Assembly: GCA_041671325.1 (NCBI GenBank)
Contig: JBAZBR010000001.1
Location: 415,504-479,503 of the forward strand
Length of the DNA stretch: 64,000 nucleotides
Source: Patescibacteria group bacterium
GTDB taxonomy: Bacteria; Patescibacteriota; Patescibacteriia; PEXW01
Reading direction: 5' to 3'
Below the pieces are notes generated by a model. It ran no database searches. It saw only the letters and a list, made by a program, of their open reading frames with translations, and was not told the origin of the DNA. Both the position numbers and the translations under genes were made by a program. Positions 55,224-64,000 of the stretch are shown one piece after another. Position 1 is the stretch's first letter. Every line of letters starts with the position of its first letter.

Positions 55224-55970
55224 TTACTTAATTAAAAACGAACTAATAATGTTGTTAAATGTATTTAAAGCCGAAGTCCTAATATCCCCACCTGAGTAGA
55301 GCCGAAGAAAAATGAATTTTTTTTCATTGTAAACAATTTGAGACATCAGTTGAGGAACAGAATTACTAGCGAAAAGCTTACTTCCAATTCCATGGTTATA
55401 CCCAACTGAAGTACTTTGCGTTACCGATATACCCGCAAACTGAATTTGTCTCTCTGTATGACTAATTTCCTGACCCAAATCTTGAGCAAATTCCCAACCC
55501 GCCACTTTTGTATTTTGAACACCTATATCGATATATGATTGATTTAAATATAATCTTGTCCAAGGATCGCGAACATCTTCTGTGGTTATATCACCGTTGA
55601 GTAGAGAAATTCTAAGTAGGTCATTATTATCAACGGCTGAAATTTTCCAATCTTTTGGATATTTAAAATTGATACCATAATTATCGTTGACATATACCTT
55701 CCATTCACTAGTATTTACATTACTATTCGCATTTCCATTAAATCCCGAATTTACGTTCAAGTTTGAATTTACGTTAATTGGGGAATTAATATTTACATTC
55801 TGGTTAGTTTTATTAATAATATTGTCGTTATTGGTATTAATATTCTCTTGTTTTAACAAAAAATATCCGACGATTAATAAAGCGGCAATAATTACCCCAA
55901 ATATTACCCAGGCGATAATTGTGTTTTTTGGGGTATTTAAGGGCTGATTTTGAGGGTTATTTTGGTCCAT
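55224..55970 (-). CDS. Membrane-anchored PsbP-like protein with Asn-rich linker
   Basis: TM, NxN-rich linker, WKVYVN..YGINFKYPKDW. Confidence 0.75.
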   Translation of the reverse strand: MDQNNPQNQPLNTPKNTIIAWVIFGVIIAALLIVGYFLLKQENINTNNDNIINKTNQNVNINSPINVNSNLNVNSGFNGNANSNVNTSEWKVYVNDNYGINFKYPKDWKISAVDNNDLLRISLLNGDITTEDVRDPWTRLYLNQSYIDIGVQNTKVAGWEFAQDLGQEISHTERQIQFAGISVTQSTSVGYNHGIGSKLFASNSVPQLMSQIVYNEKKFIFLRLYSGGDIRTSALNTFNNIISSFLIK

Positions 55971-56039
55971 AAATGATTAATTAATATTTGCTTAATTTAA
56001 GGCTATCACACTTTTTGGCTAAAAAAGACAAAGTTATCC

Positions 56040-56300
56040 ACGATAAAACCGCGACGGCGCGACGGCGCTCGGGTCACCGCGAATGTCGGGTTTCGCGTGC
56101 TATTAGTGGGTTATAGCCCGCTTCACCCTTTATTCGCGTGCCCCTCTACCCCATCCCGCCGTATGGCGGGACGTGCTCACTACGTTCCGCGCCACATCTG
56201 CGGGGATCCCCTGATTTTTAACCAAATGTGCCGCTCTTCTTCACAAACCCGTGCTCGTCACGCTGCTGCGAGCCTGCGCTCCTGTCTTGTGGGGACCCCA
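56040..56300. repeat. GC-rich intergenic tract of palindromic element remnants
   Basis: TCCCGCC-GTAT-GGCGGGA, GCTCACTACGTTC, and related ends GGGGATCCCC / GGGGACCCC. Confidence 0.4.
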
Positions 56301-56597
56301 AAATAAGAAACCTTAAATAATCCTGCATTCCTGATTTACAGGGACCCAGATACAAAAAATAAACCTCGACTTATCTTAGCCGAAACCTTTTCACCACAAC
56401 GATACGGAGATCTACACCCAAACCCAACCCCCCTGTTAAACCGCTGGTTCCAATTTCACATCCACGGGTAAAATACACCACGTCATTGCGAGTGCAAACG
56501 AAGCAACCCCATTTAATATTGAATCAAATATATTAAACAACTATAATTACAAAACTAAGCAAACATAATATTTATAAATCCTTTTCATATATAAAAC

Positions 56598-57230
56598 ATG
56601 CTCAGATCAGAACGTATTGCCAAAAAAATTAATAAGAAAATTCAGTTATGGTCTAAAAACCAAACCAAATTAATCGTGGCAATTGACGGCTATGCCGGTG
56701 CCGGGAAAACCACAGTTACTGACTATCTTGCGAAACAAAACCATAATGTACTGCCTGTCCACTTGGATGATTTTATTAAGCATTGGAAAGACAGGAAGAA
56801 GATACTTGATACAGCTAAAAATAAATCACGAATTTTTGAATGCCGCTGGTTTCGCTATGATGATCTTGAAAAATTACTAAATGCTTTTAAAACAAAAAAT
56901 AAAGGGGTAATAAAATTTAGAACATACAACTACAACAAAAATAATTTCGGTCCCCAAAAATCGTTTGACTTATCCAAAAAAATTCTGATGATTGATGGCA
57001 TCTTTCTATTTAATCCTAAACGTAAAATATTCAAATTGCTGGATAAAACAATTTACCTTAATGTTGATTTTGCCAAAGCTGATAAAAAGAGAATTGCCAG
57101 GGAAAAGAAAAAATGGGGTAAAAATTATATTCCAGAAAATCATCCCGATAATTGGACAAAATACTACAAAAAAGCTTATCGCGGGTATGTAAAAAAACAA
57201 AAACCACAAAATAGCGACTTGGTGTTTTAA
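56598..57230 (+). CDS. Uridine kinase-like P-loop protein
   Basis: VAIDGYAGAGKTT, HLDDF, IDGIFL. Confidence 0.8.
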   Translation: MLRSERIAKKINKKIQLWSKNQTKLIVAIDGYAGAGKTTVTDYLAKQNHNVLPVHLDDFIKHWKDRKKILDTAKNKSRIFECRWFRYDDLEKLLNAFKTKNKGVIKFRTYNYNKNNFGPQKSFDLSKKILMIDGIFLFNPKRKIFKLLDKTIYLNVDFAKADKKRIAREKKKWGKNYIPENHPDNWTKYYKKAYRGYVKKQKPQNSDLVF

Positions 57231-57317
57231 GTGTAATATTTTATTAGATTATTAATTAAGTCCCGACAACTCTCCCCTCTCCCTATATCGCCACTTCCGT
57301 GCGAGGTTTCCTGGAAT

Positions 57318-57346
57318 AAAAAAAGACGACAGTATTTGTCGTCTTT
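57318..57346 (-). terminator. Intrinsic terminator
   Basis: AAAGACGACA/UGUCGUCUUU plus U-run, just after the stop at 57351. Confidence 0.75.
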
Positions 57347-57350
57347 GTAA

Positions 57351-58106
57351 TCAAACTGCCAACAACATGCGCTCAAGCAATGGGACTAGATAATCAACGC
57401 AGGTGTGGGTAGTCGAAAATGTACAGATAGTATTTTTAGTTACTCTCATAATTTCGAGCTGGGAGAATTCTGGGCGCTCATTCCGCTGGAGTAATTCTTC
57501 AGTATACAGACGAAAATGTGCACGTAATTCGTCACCGGTGAGAGCTAAACTCACCCGAAAAATTACTGCAAGGAAATTATGATCACCGCCACTTTTTAGT
57601 AAATATGGGGTAATAGCGTTAACCTTTTGCGAAGTATGTACACTTAGACCTACTTCTTCTTCAATTTCCTTCGAGATATTGCCTAGGATGTTAAACTTTC
57701 CATGATCTACATCAGAAAAATCTAAGCCACCACCAACGCACTGAAACCTGTTGGGCGTCGATGTGTGAGAAGCCATTTTGCCAAAGGAGACAAAACCATC
57801 AGATGTTTCGAGAATTGCCGATGTATAGAGAACCTTACAAGCATATTCTTCTTGTAATTCGTTTTCGAGCGTAAACATATAATGCGCATAATCTGTTTCA
57901 TCTAATACAACTTGAAGCTGATCATTTTGCATGTTTATTTTACTAACCGTAAATACTACACCACGGCGTAATGATGGCCTGTTACCTATTAAAAGCTCCC
58001 AATTGCGTTCAATTTGATAAACAATTTTTTCTGGAAGAGCAACTTTCTTACCAGAAAACACTACATCTATTCTGTGTGCGACGGGTTGTAAAAGTACTGT
58101 TTTCAT
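57351..58106 (-). CDS. Nudix-fold hydrolase
   Basis: GGGLD...ISKEIEEEVGL variant Nudix box. Confidence 0.7.
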   Translation of the reverse strand: MKTVLLQPVAHRIDVVFSGKKVALPEKIVYQIERNWELLIGNRPSLRRGVVFTVSKINMQNDQLQVVLDETDYAHYMFTLENELQEEYACKVLYTSAILETSDGFVSFGKMASHTSTPNRFQCVGGGLDFSDVDHGKFNILGNISKEIEEEVGLSVHTSQKVNAITPYLLKSGGDHNFLAVIFRVSLALTGDELRAHFRLYTEELLQRNERPEFSQLEIMRVTKNTICTFSTTHTCVDYLVPLLERMLLAV

Positions 58107-59350
58107 TTTATCTCCTTTAAGTTTCTCATCAGGGCTAAGAACACATCACCAGCGCATTTCTTTACCAAAGCATCATCATTTTGAACTGACTCTAAAGGAT
58201 ACGAGATGAATTTACCATTTATCAAGTACCCTTCTGGATCAATGTACAAAACTTTTAATTTCTTTCGCCTTGCTGCATGCTGAATTTTTCTACGATCCGC
58301 ATGACTTCCGATAACAATTAGACTTTTTGCCTTTGGATGAAATTGTATATTAGGTATTAAATGTTGTTCATCAAACCTTCTTACCATTAGTTCTTTTAAG
58401 CCACTTTTCGTAGCAAGACCATCAAAATTATTGGTAATGATTGACCCAACAATATACCCCTTTTTGTGCAAATTTGTCAAGTGTTTATAGAATTGTGATG
58501 GCTTTGCGGTTAAGCATGTAATATACATATATGTCATTTGATGAAAACTTTCTTTTTGATCAATAATGATGTTCCTGACAAACCGATCTTCGCTTAAGGA
58601 AAGCGTAAACTTACCTGAAATTGGATCCCCAACTGAATAAACACTATGGAGATAATGAAGGGGTGGAATTTTTGCTTCAATTGCTGGCCCACAACCTAAT
58701 TCAACTTGAGCCGGAAAAAATTTAATAAGTTCAGAAACATTATTGATTATTTTTGGATTTCCGCGCTTATCTTTTTTTCTCATACCGCTGTTAAGTATTG
58801 TAAAAGCACGATTTATAAAAAATGGATGTGGGCGTTTATGAGAAAATATTGATATTTCCAAATTTGAATAGTTTTTAGGAAAAATCCTTTTAACATGTAA
58901 ATCAGCAGGATGATTTTTAAATATGTTTAATTCAATATTTAGATCACTTTTTGAAAAACTTTGAATTTTTTTATCTAAAGTTTGGAAATGTTTATTTCTT
59001 GTCCAATTGTTTTTTATAAATAAAGTATTTAGATCTTTTAAATATTGATTTATTTCTTGATTTGGAAAACAATAATTCAACCAAATAGTTGATCTCTGCA
59101 AAGCTAATGCTTTAATGTTGTGTTTATCTTTAACTAAACCATAAGTATGTCGGAAATGAATCATCCTGCGACGTCTGTCATTTTTTTCATGATATCCCGA
59201 AAAAAAGGCATTCTCTTTTTCTTGGGTTCTTCTCCAAATACCCTCATCAACACTTCTGTCCCATTGAAAATTTTTACCAGAATAATATTTCTTCCAGGTC
59301 TTAATATCTTTAACTTTTAAGCTAATTATGTATGGGAATTTAATCGTCAT
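58103..59350 (-). CDS. Unknown N-terminal domain fused to a degenerate Sir2-like domain
   Basis: LGCGPAIEAKIP, IITNNFDGL, LIVIGS, LYIDPE follow sirtuin motif order; no HG motif or Zn module. Confidence 0.65.
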   Translation of the reverse strand: MTIKFPYIISLKVKDIKTWKKYYSGKNFQWDRSVDEGIWRRTQEKENAFFSGYHEKNDRRRRMIHFRHTYGLVKDKHNIKALALQRSTIWLNYCFPNQEINQYLKDLNTLFIKNNWTRNKHFQTLDKKIQSFSKSDLNIELNIFKNHPADLHVKRIFPKNYSNLEISIFSHKRPHPFFINRAFTILNSGMRKKDKRGNPKIINNVSELIKFFPAQVELGCGPAIEAKIPPLHYLHSVYSVGDPISGKFTLSLSEDRFVRNIIIDQKESFHQMTYMYITCLTAKPSQFYKHLTNLHKKGYIVGSIITNNFDGLATKSGLKELMVRRFDEQHLIPNIQFHPKAKSLIVIGSHADRRKIQHAARRKKLKVLYIDPEGYLINGKFISYPLESVQNDDALVKKCAGDVFLALMRNLKEIK

Positions 59351-59387
59351 ACTTCCATTTTGCTTAATCCAAAACCCAACCCTCTCC

Positions 59388-62204
59388 CTAAATCGCCGCC
59401 TCCAATTTCACATCCACGGGTGTAATCGGCAAAGTGAATTGGAAAGTGCTGCCCTTGCCTGGGCCATCGCTTTCCACCCAAATCTTGCCGCCATGCACTT
59501 CCACAATCCTTCGGGCCACATACAAGCCCAAACCCGAGCCGTCAGGATTCACCTGGGCAATGCCAAAACCCCGCACGAATTTAGTAAACAAGCCTTTAGC
59601 CTCTTTGGGATCCAAACCCCGGCCCGAGTCTTTAACTTTCACGTGCACCCACTCGCCTTCCCTTTCTGAAGTCAAGATTATACTGCCTTTTTCCGTATAC
59701 TTGATGGCATTATCAACCAAGTTCAAAATCACATCCGTGATCTTGTCGTCAATAGTCAGCAGGGGTAAAGCAGTTTTGGGTTTCTTGTATTCCAATTTCA
59801 ATTTCTTGTCTTTGGCAATCTTGTCCAAAACCTGCAATTCCTTATTAATCATGTCTTCCAATTGCATTGGCCGCTTGTCCAAAATCAATTTCCCGCTTTC
59901 AATCTTGGAAACATCCAAGAAGAGATTGATCAAACGGATCATCCTTTGGCTGGCATCCAACAAGCTTTCGATTATCTTTTTCAAGTCAGGCGTAAGTTTG
60001 CCATAATCCCCTTCCATCAACATGGAAAGGTAACCCATAATGCCGGTCATGGGCGTGCGCAATTGGTGGCTGGCAATAGAAACGAATTCGCTTTTGGCTT
60101 GGTCCAATTCTTTCAAATGCACATTAGCCTCAGCTAACTGTCCATTAGTTTCTTCCAGCCTTCGGACCAATTCAATGTTTTGGTAAACCACGCCAGTCTG
60201 GTCAGTGATTGCCTGCATCATGTTATAGTCATTCCGGCTAATTTCACCTTTGGGTTTGGCCAACAGGAAATCAATCGCGCCCACCACTTCATTTTCCGTC
60301 ACGATCGGCACGGCCACCACGGATTTAATGCCCGCCATCTTTTGCATGGCTTCGCAGCCTTCTTTGGGTACTGGTGGGCTGAAAAAATCCGATAAGTTTG
60401 AACTTACGCGAACTTGCCTGGCTTTCATAGATTCAATTGAAAGGGTTTTATCCACATTATAATCACCCCAATATTCATTAAAAGGCTTGGGCAGTAAAGC
60501 CATGACTTTATCCGTCAGCTTGGTTTTGGTAATGGCTTCTGGAAAAATTTTTCGTCTGGATTCACCCAAAAACAAAAGAATCCCTCCCACAAAACCCAGC
60601 TCGGTATAAATGGCGTCAACGATAGATTGAGTGACTTTCTTGAATTCCAAAGTCTGGGTAATGAGATTGGTAACTTTTTGCACCGCATCCAAAAACCGGT
60701 TACGGTCTTCCAACTGCAAGTTCTTTTGTTTTAACTTTTCCGTGGCCAGGGCAATATCTTTTTCCAATTTGATATTAAATAACCGGATTTCTTCATATAA
60801 CCGGGCTTTTTCCAAAGCACTGGCCAATTGCGGCCCTAATAATTGCAGGAGGTTTAAATCTTCATCAGAAAAAGGATCCCCGGATAACTTTCCACCCAAA
60901 ACTAAAATTGCGGCAATACGATCTTCTGTTAAAACTGGAAAAAGCACTGAAGCGTTCAGTTTATCCAGTTCTTCTTTGGATTTTTCCAAAGAAGTTCTTT
61001 GTTTGTCATCAGTGGTGTCTTCAATTTTCCGCTCCAAGGCTTCCAAAACTACGGTATCTTTTTGCTTTTTAATATACTGAGCCAACGCGCTGTTTCGCGT
61101 TAATACTGTTTCTTTATTACCGGTTGGCAGTTGGTTTACAAAAATCTCTCCACCTTGCCCTGGCAAAATAATCTTTGCTGATTGAATCTTTAAATCTTGA
61201 TGTAATTTAGTTTCAACTTCATCTAATAATTTATCAAGGTCGATTTCTTTATTAATGATTTCAACCAGATTTTGAAGTATTAATTGATAATTAACCTTAG
61301 CTTTAAAAAATAAGTTGTCTGTTATCTTTCCAATATAACTTTTCAACGGATCAAAAATAATAACTAAAACTATTGAAAGAAATATTGCGATTGCTGTTTG
61401 ATATGTTTGATTTGAAACTTGCTGTGGAAGAAATACCGCAAGACTAACAATAAAAACTGAAACTAATAAAACGACTAATGAATAAGTTACCGTCCGAATA
61501 ACAACAAAACGAATATCCAGTAAATGATGTTTCGCAATTGCATAAGCCGTAAATGCTGCGACAAAAATTGCGGCAAATGGCCCAACTTTAGTAAGTTCAT
61601 CAAAACCAGCAAAAGTTGGTAGAATTATATTGGTTAAACTTGCTATTACACCAGAAATAAGAACACCCATAAATAAATACGCAATTTGCGTGCGACTTGT
61701 ACCTTTTGCTTTACGAAAACTTTGAATTGTTCGACCAAATGCTAATGACATGTAAAATATAAAGTACGCGGCAAAAACGTAATAACCAGCACCGGGTGTA
61801 AATAATACACGTCCACCTAATCCTTGATTCTGATCAAATGAAATACTGTTAATAAAATAATTTGTTGGTACTAATAATAACAATACTATTGTTGGCAAAG
61901 GAAGTAATACCAATAACCGTTTAGTTAGAACTTTTCCCCTTAATGGGAAATACAATGTAAATAAAAAGAAAAAGTAGGGAATTAAAATTGGTCCTAAAAA
62001 TGAAGCTTTGCTCCAAAAAATTGCAGTTCCTAAAGAGGTTGATTTATCAGTTAAGTAGTCAGTTATTACCCATAATGCAGATGAAATAATAAATGCAAAA
62101 AAAGTTTGATTAATTTTACTGTGACTATTCCTTGAAATAATAAAAATGCCCAAAAATATAAATAGAATTCCAACTACTATTGACGTTTCATTAAGTGTAA
62201 TCAT
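59388..62204 (-). CDS. 7TM-type sensor histidine kinase (membrane sensor, 2 GAF, HisKA, HATPase)
   Basis: About 9 TM segments; SIASHQLRTP, NLVDNAIKYT, DSGRG, GSGLGL, GSTFQF. Confidence 0.92.
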   Translation of the reverse strand: MITLNETSIVVGILFIFLGIFIISRNSHSKINQTFFAFIISSALWVITDYLTDKSTSLGTAIFWSKASFLGPILIPYFFFLFTLYFPLRGKVLTKRLLVLLPLPTIVLLLLVPTNYFINSISFDQNQGLGGRVLFTPGAGYYVFAAYFIFYMSLAFGRTIQSFRKAKGTSRTQIAYLFMGVLISGVIASLTNIILPTFAGFDELTKVGPFAAIFVAAFTAYAIAKHHLLDIRFVVIRTVTYSLVVLLVSVFIVSLAVFLPQQVSNQTYQTAIAIFLSIVLVIIFDPLKSYIGKITDNLFFKAKVNYQLILQNLVEIINKEIDLDKLLDEVETKLHQDLKIQSAKIILPGQGGEIFVNQLPTGNKETVLTRNSALAQYIKKQKDTVVLEALERKIEDTTDDKQRTSLEKSKEELDKLNASVLFPVLTEDRIAAILVLGGKLSGDPFSDEDLNLLQLLGPQLASALEKARLYEEIRLFNIKLEKDIALATEKLKQKNLQLEDRNRFLDAVQKVTNLITQTLEFKKVTQSIVDAIYTELGFVGGILLFLGESRRKIFPEAITKTKLTDKVMALLPKPFNEYWGDYNVDKTLSIESMKARQVRVSSNLSDFFSPPVPKEGCEAMQKMAGIKSVVAVPIVTENEVVGAIDFLLAKPKGEISRNDYNMMQAITDQTGVVYQNIELVRRLEETNGQLAEANVHLKELDQAKSEFVSIASHQLRTPMTGIMGYLSMLMEGDYGKLTPDLKKIIESLLDASQRMIRLINLFLDVSKIESGKLILDKRPMQLEDMINKELQVLDKIAKDKKLKLEYKKPKTALPLLTIDDKITDVILNLVDNAIKYTEKGSIILTSEREGEWVHVKVKDSGRGLDPKEAKGLFTKFVRGFGIAQVNPDGSGLGLYVARRIVEVHGGKIWVESDGPGKGSTFQFTLPITPVDVKLEAAI

Positions 62205-63929
62205 TTATTTGCCAAAAATTTTCTTTCCAATATATTGATATTTAACCGCTCCTCTGTTTATAAGTGGACTTTTCTCAAATGGACCCTCTGCGAATTGGAA
62301 GAGTTTTACTAGAATATTTGCAGATTTAAAACGACTATCGACAATTAATTTATACCCATTGCTATAGTTTGGGAGTTGATTTTCAAAAATTCTTTTTATT
62401 ATCCCTACGTCAGCCGAAGTAGTCCCATTCTTTAGTTCCAAATCAATTTCAAATCGATAATCATCAGAAATAGCCATTTGGAAACTTGCAACAAGTTCTG
62501 ACACCTCCTTTAAATTCTCTATCATACGCCCAACTTCTTCGGGATAAATATTGGATCCGTCAATTGAAACCGTACCATCAGATCGTCCAAACACATATAT
62601 AAAAGGTAAAGGAAGTATTTTATTAATATCATTTCCCTGGTTTTTCAAAATTGCTTTTAAATTATATGAATAAGCTGATGAAATTCTAAAGACATCACTG
62701 TAACCTATCATCCCACTATCATCCTCAATGTTATAACGAATTATTGGTTGTGAAGCATGAGATTTTAAAACGGTAGTAAGAAGTTCAGTTCTAGTGACTC
62801 CAGTTGATGTTTTATTTGTAACTTGTTCTTCAAAATATGATATCGGTACACTTTGAAAGATCATGGGTAATCTCTTTTCTATTATTGGATCCCTTCCAAA
62901 AAGTTCTTTGATAAAAGCATTCGCTCTTTGTTCATTAGTAGGCATTACTTCTTCGTTTATGAAATGTTCTTTTGCTATTTCGCTAGCAAGCTTTTTATCG
63001 AATAAGTAAACTTGATTAATACGGATTAAATTACGCAAAATAATAGATAGAGGTGTTTCAAACCCTTCCGCTAAACCTTTATCTGTTGAGCCATAAGAAG
63101 AAGCTATAATGCACTTCTTACCAAGTTTTGTTTTTAAATAATCCCGCCATTCCTCCACAAAACCTTCACCACCAGTAATTACATCAATATGATACTGCGA
63201 CCAAGTTATTCCTTGTCGCTCACCTTCAGTTATCATGTTTCGTAAAAATGGTGGATAACCAGAAATTAAATAATTGTGTTTTGGACCTAAAAGTTTAAGA
63301 GTAGTAATAAGCTCATTAATATCTGTACCAATATTAATCATTTGTCCACACTTTCTTGCTGACTTAGTAAAATCGATTGCGGTTGGCCAGGTACCAAAAG
63401 CCCAACAGTTAAGAATTTTATACTCCTTACCTTTATAGCCAACGATATAATCAATTCCAAAAGGAACAAAAACTTCAAACTTGTCCTCTTCTTTTAATGC
63501 CTGAGTCCAATAAGTAGGATTTCCAGCGACACCTGCACTCCGAAAAATTATTCCATCTTTAGGTAATCTACCCCCCACGCATCGCTGTTCAAGAGGATAG
63601 GTTTTAACGTAATTTTGCTTTGTAGTTTGAGGAACTAATCGAGAAAAATCTTCAATTGTCTTGATATCACTTGGATTAACACCGTGCTCATCTAGAAACT
63701 TCCTGTATGCTGGAGTTGTTTTAACTGCACGTTGAAAAATGAACAATAATTTCTTTTTAGCAACATCCTCTAGTACCCCCGGTTTAATTGAAGTAAGGAA
63801 TTCTTCTAAATATTCTTGATCTGACCAAACTATATAATCAAAAACAACAAGCATTAGATCTGGAATCCAAATATGGTGATTTAGTAAATAAACAAAAACA
63901 CGTACGATAAATTTATTAATTTTTTTCAT
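62205..63929 (-). CDS. Phenylacetate-CoA ligase (PaaK)-like adenylate-forming enzyme
   Basis: PAYRKFL, P.TTK.NY, SAGVAGNP (P-loop variant), GYPPF, GGEGF, YGSTD, PIIRYNI.D, GRSD. Confidence 0.8.
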   Translation of the reverse strand: MKKINKFIVRVFVYLLNHHIWIPDLMLVVFDYIVWSDQEYLEEFLTSIKPGVLEDVAKKKLLFIFQRAVKTTPAYRKFLDEHGVNPSDIKTIEDFSRLVPQTTKQNYVKTYPLEQRCVGGRLPKDGIIFRSAGVAGNPTYWTQALKEEDKFEVFVPFGIDYIVGYKGKEYKILNCWAFGTWPTAIDFTKSARKCGQMINIGTDINELITTLKLLGPKHNYLISGYPPFLRNMITEGERQGITWSQYHIDVITGGEGFVEEWRDYLKTKLGKKCIIASSYGSTDKGLAEGFETPLSIILRNLIRINQVYLFDKKLASEIAKEHFINEEVMPTNEQRANAFIKELFGRDPIIEKRLPMIFQSVPISYFEEQVTNKTSTGVTRTELLTTVLKSHASQPIIRYNIEDDSGMIGYSDVFRISSAYSYNLKAILKNQGNDINKILPLPFIYVFGRSDGTVSIDGSNIYPEEVGRMIENLKEVSELVASFQMAISDDYRFEIDLELKNGTTSADVGIIKRIFENQLPNYSNGYKLIVDSRFKSANILVKLFQFAEGPFEKSPLINRGAVKYQYIGKKIFGK

Positions 63930-64000
63930 TTTAATTTAAGGCTAAATTTCATGATAATGTATATTTATGTTGTGAATCATCAAATTTAATAATACCATCA

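Noticed and set aside
1-64000. tRNA/rRNA genes and the remaining short ORFs overlapping long genes
   Set aside because: No tRNA or rRNA signature was recognised by eye; the short overlapping ORFs are frame or antisense shadows.

Overview
The window looks like a Patescibacteria (CPR)-type chromosome segment. This assignment is inferred from gene content, core genes without Shine-Dalgarno (SD) sites, and palindromic repeat types. Bases 1-33.9 kb hold two convergent surface-glycan clusters: wzt, CDP-dideoxyhexose rfbFGH genes, GT11/GT17 fusions, an L-FucNAc/L-QuiNAc-type pathway, asnB, GT2/GT4 enzymes and GtrA. Bases 33.9-43.3 kb hold an S8 protease, a degenerate HtrA, lepA (with a duplicated 5' end) and murJ. 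The most unusual part is 43.5-55.2 kb, a minus-strand array of short units. Nearly every unit is introduced by a tandem double-hairpin RNA leader (about 13 copies) whose G-U wobbles and tetraloops fit the sense strand. Every coding unit has a strong SD, unlike the neighbouring core genes. Several products need diderm machinery (OmpA/beta-barrel, T9SS C-terminal domain) or lipoprotein processing. Several units are non-coding structured RNAs, one exposing an anti-SD/anti-AUG sequence. This suggests a host-directed RNA/effector cargo system, which remains a hypothesis. Bases 57-64 kb hold a Sir2-like plus Nudix pair and a PaaK-like ligase coupled to a 7TM histidine kinase with an apparently swapped sensor region. 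All structures were folded by eye and no database searches were run.
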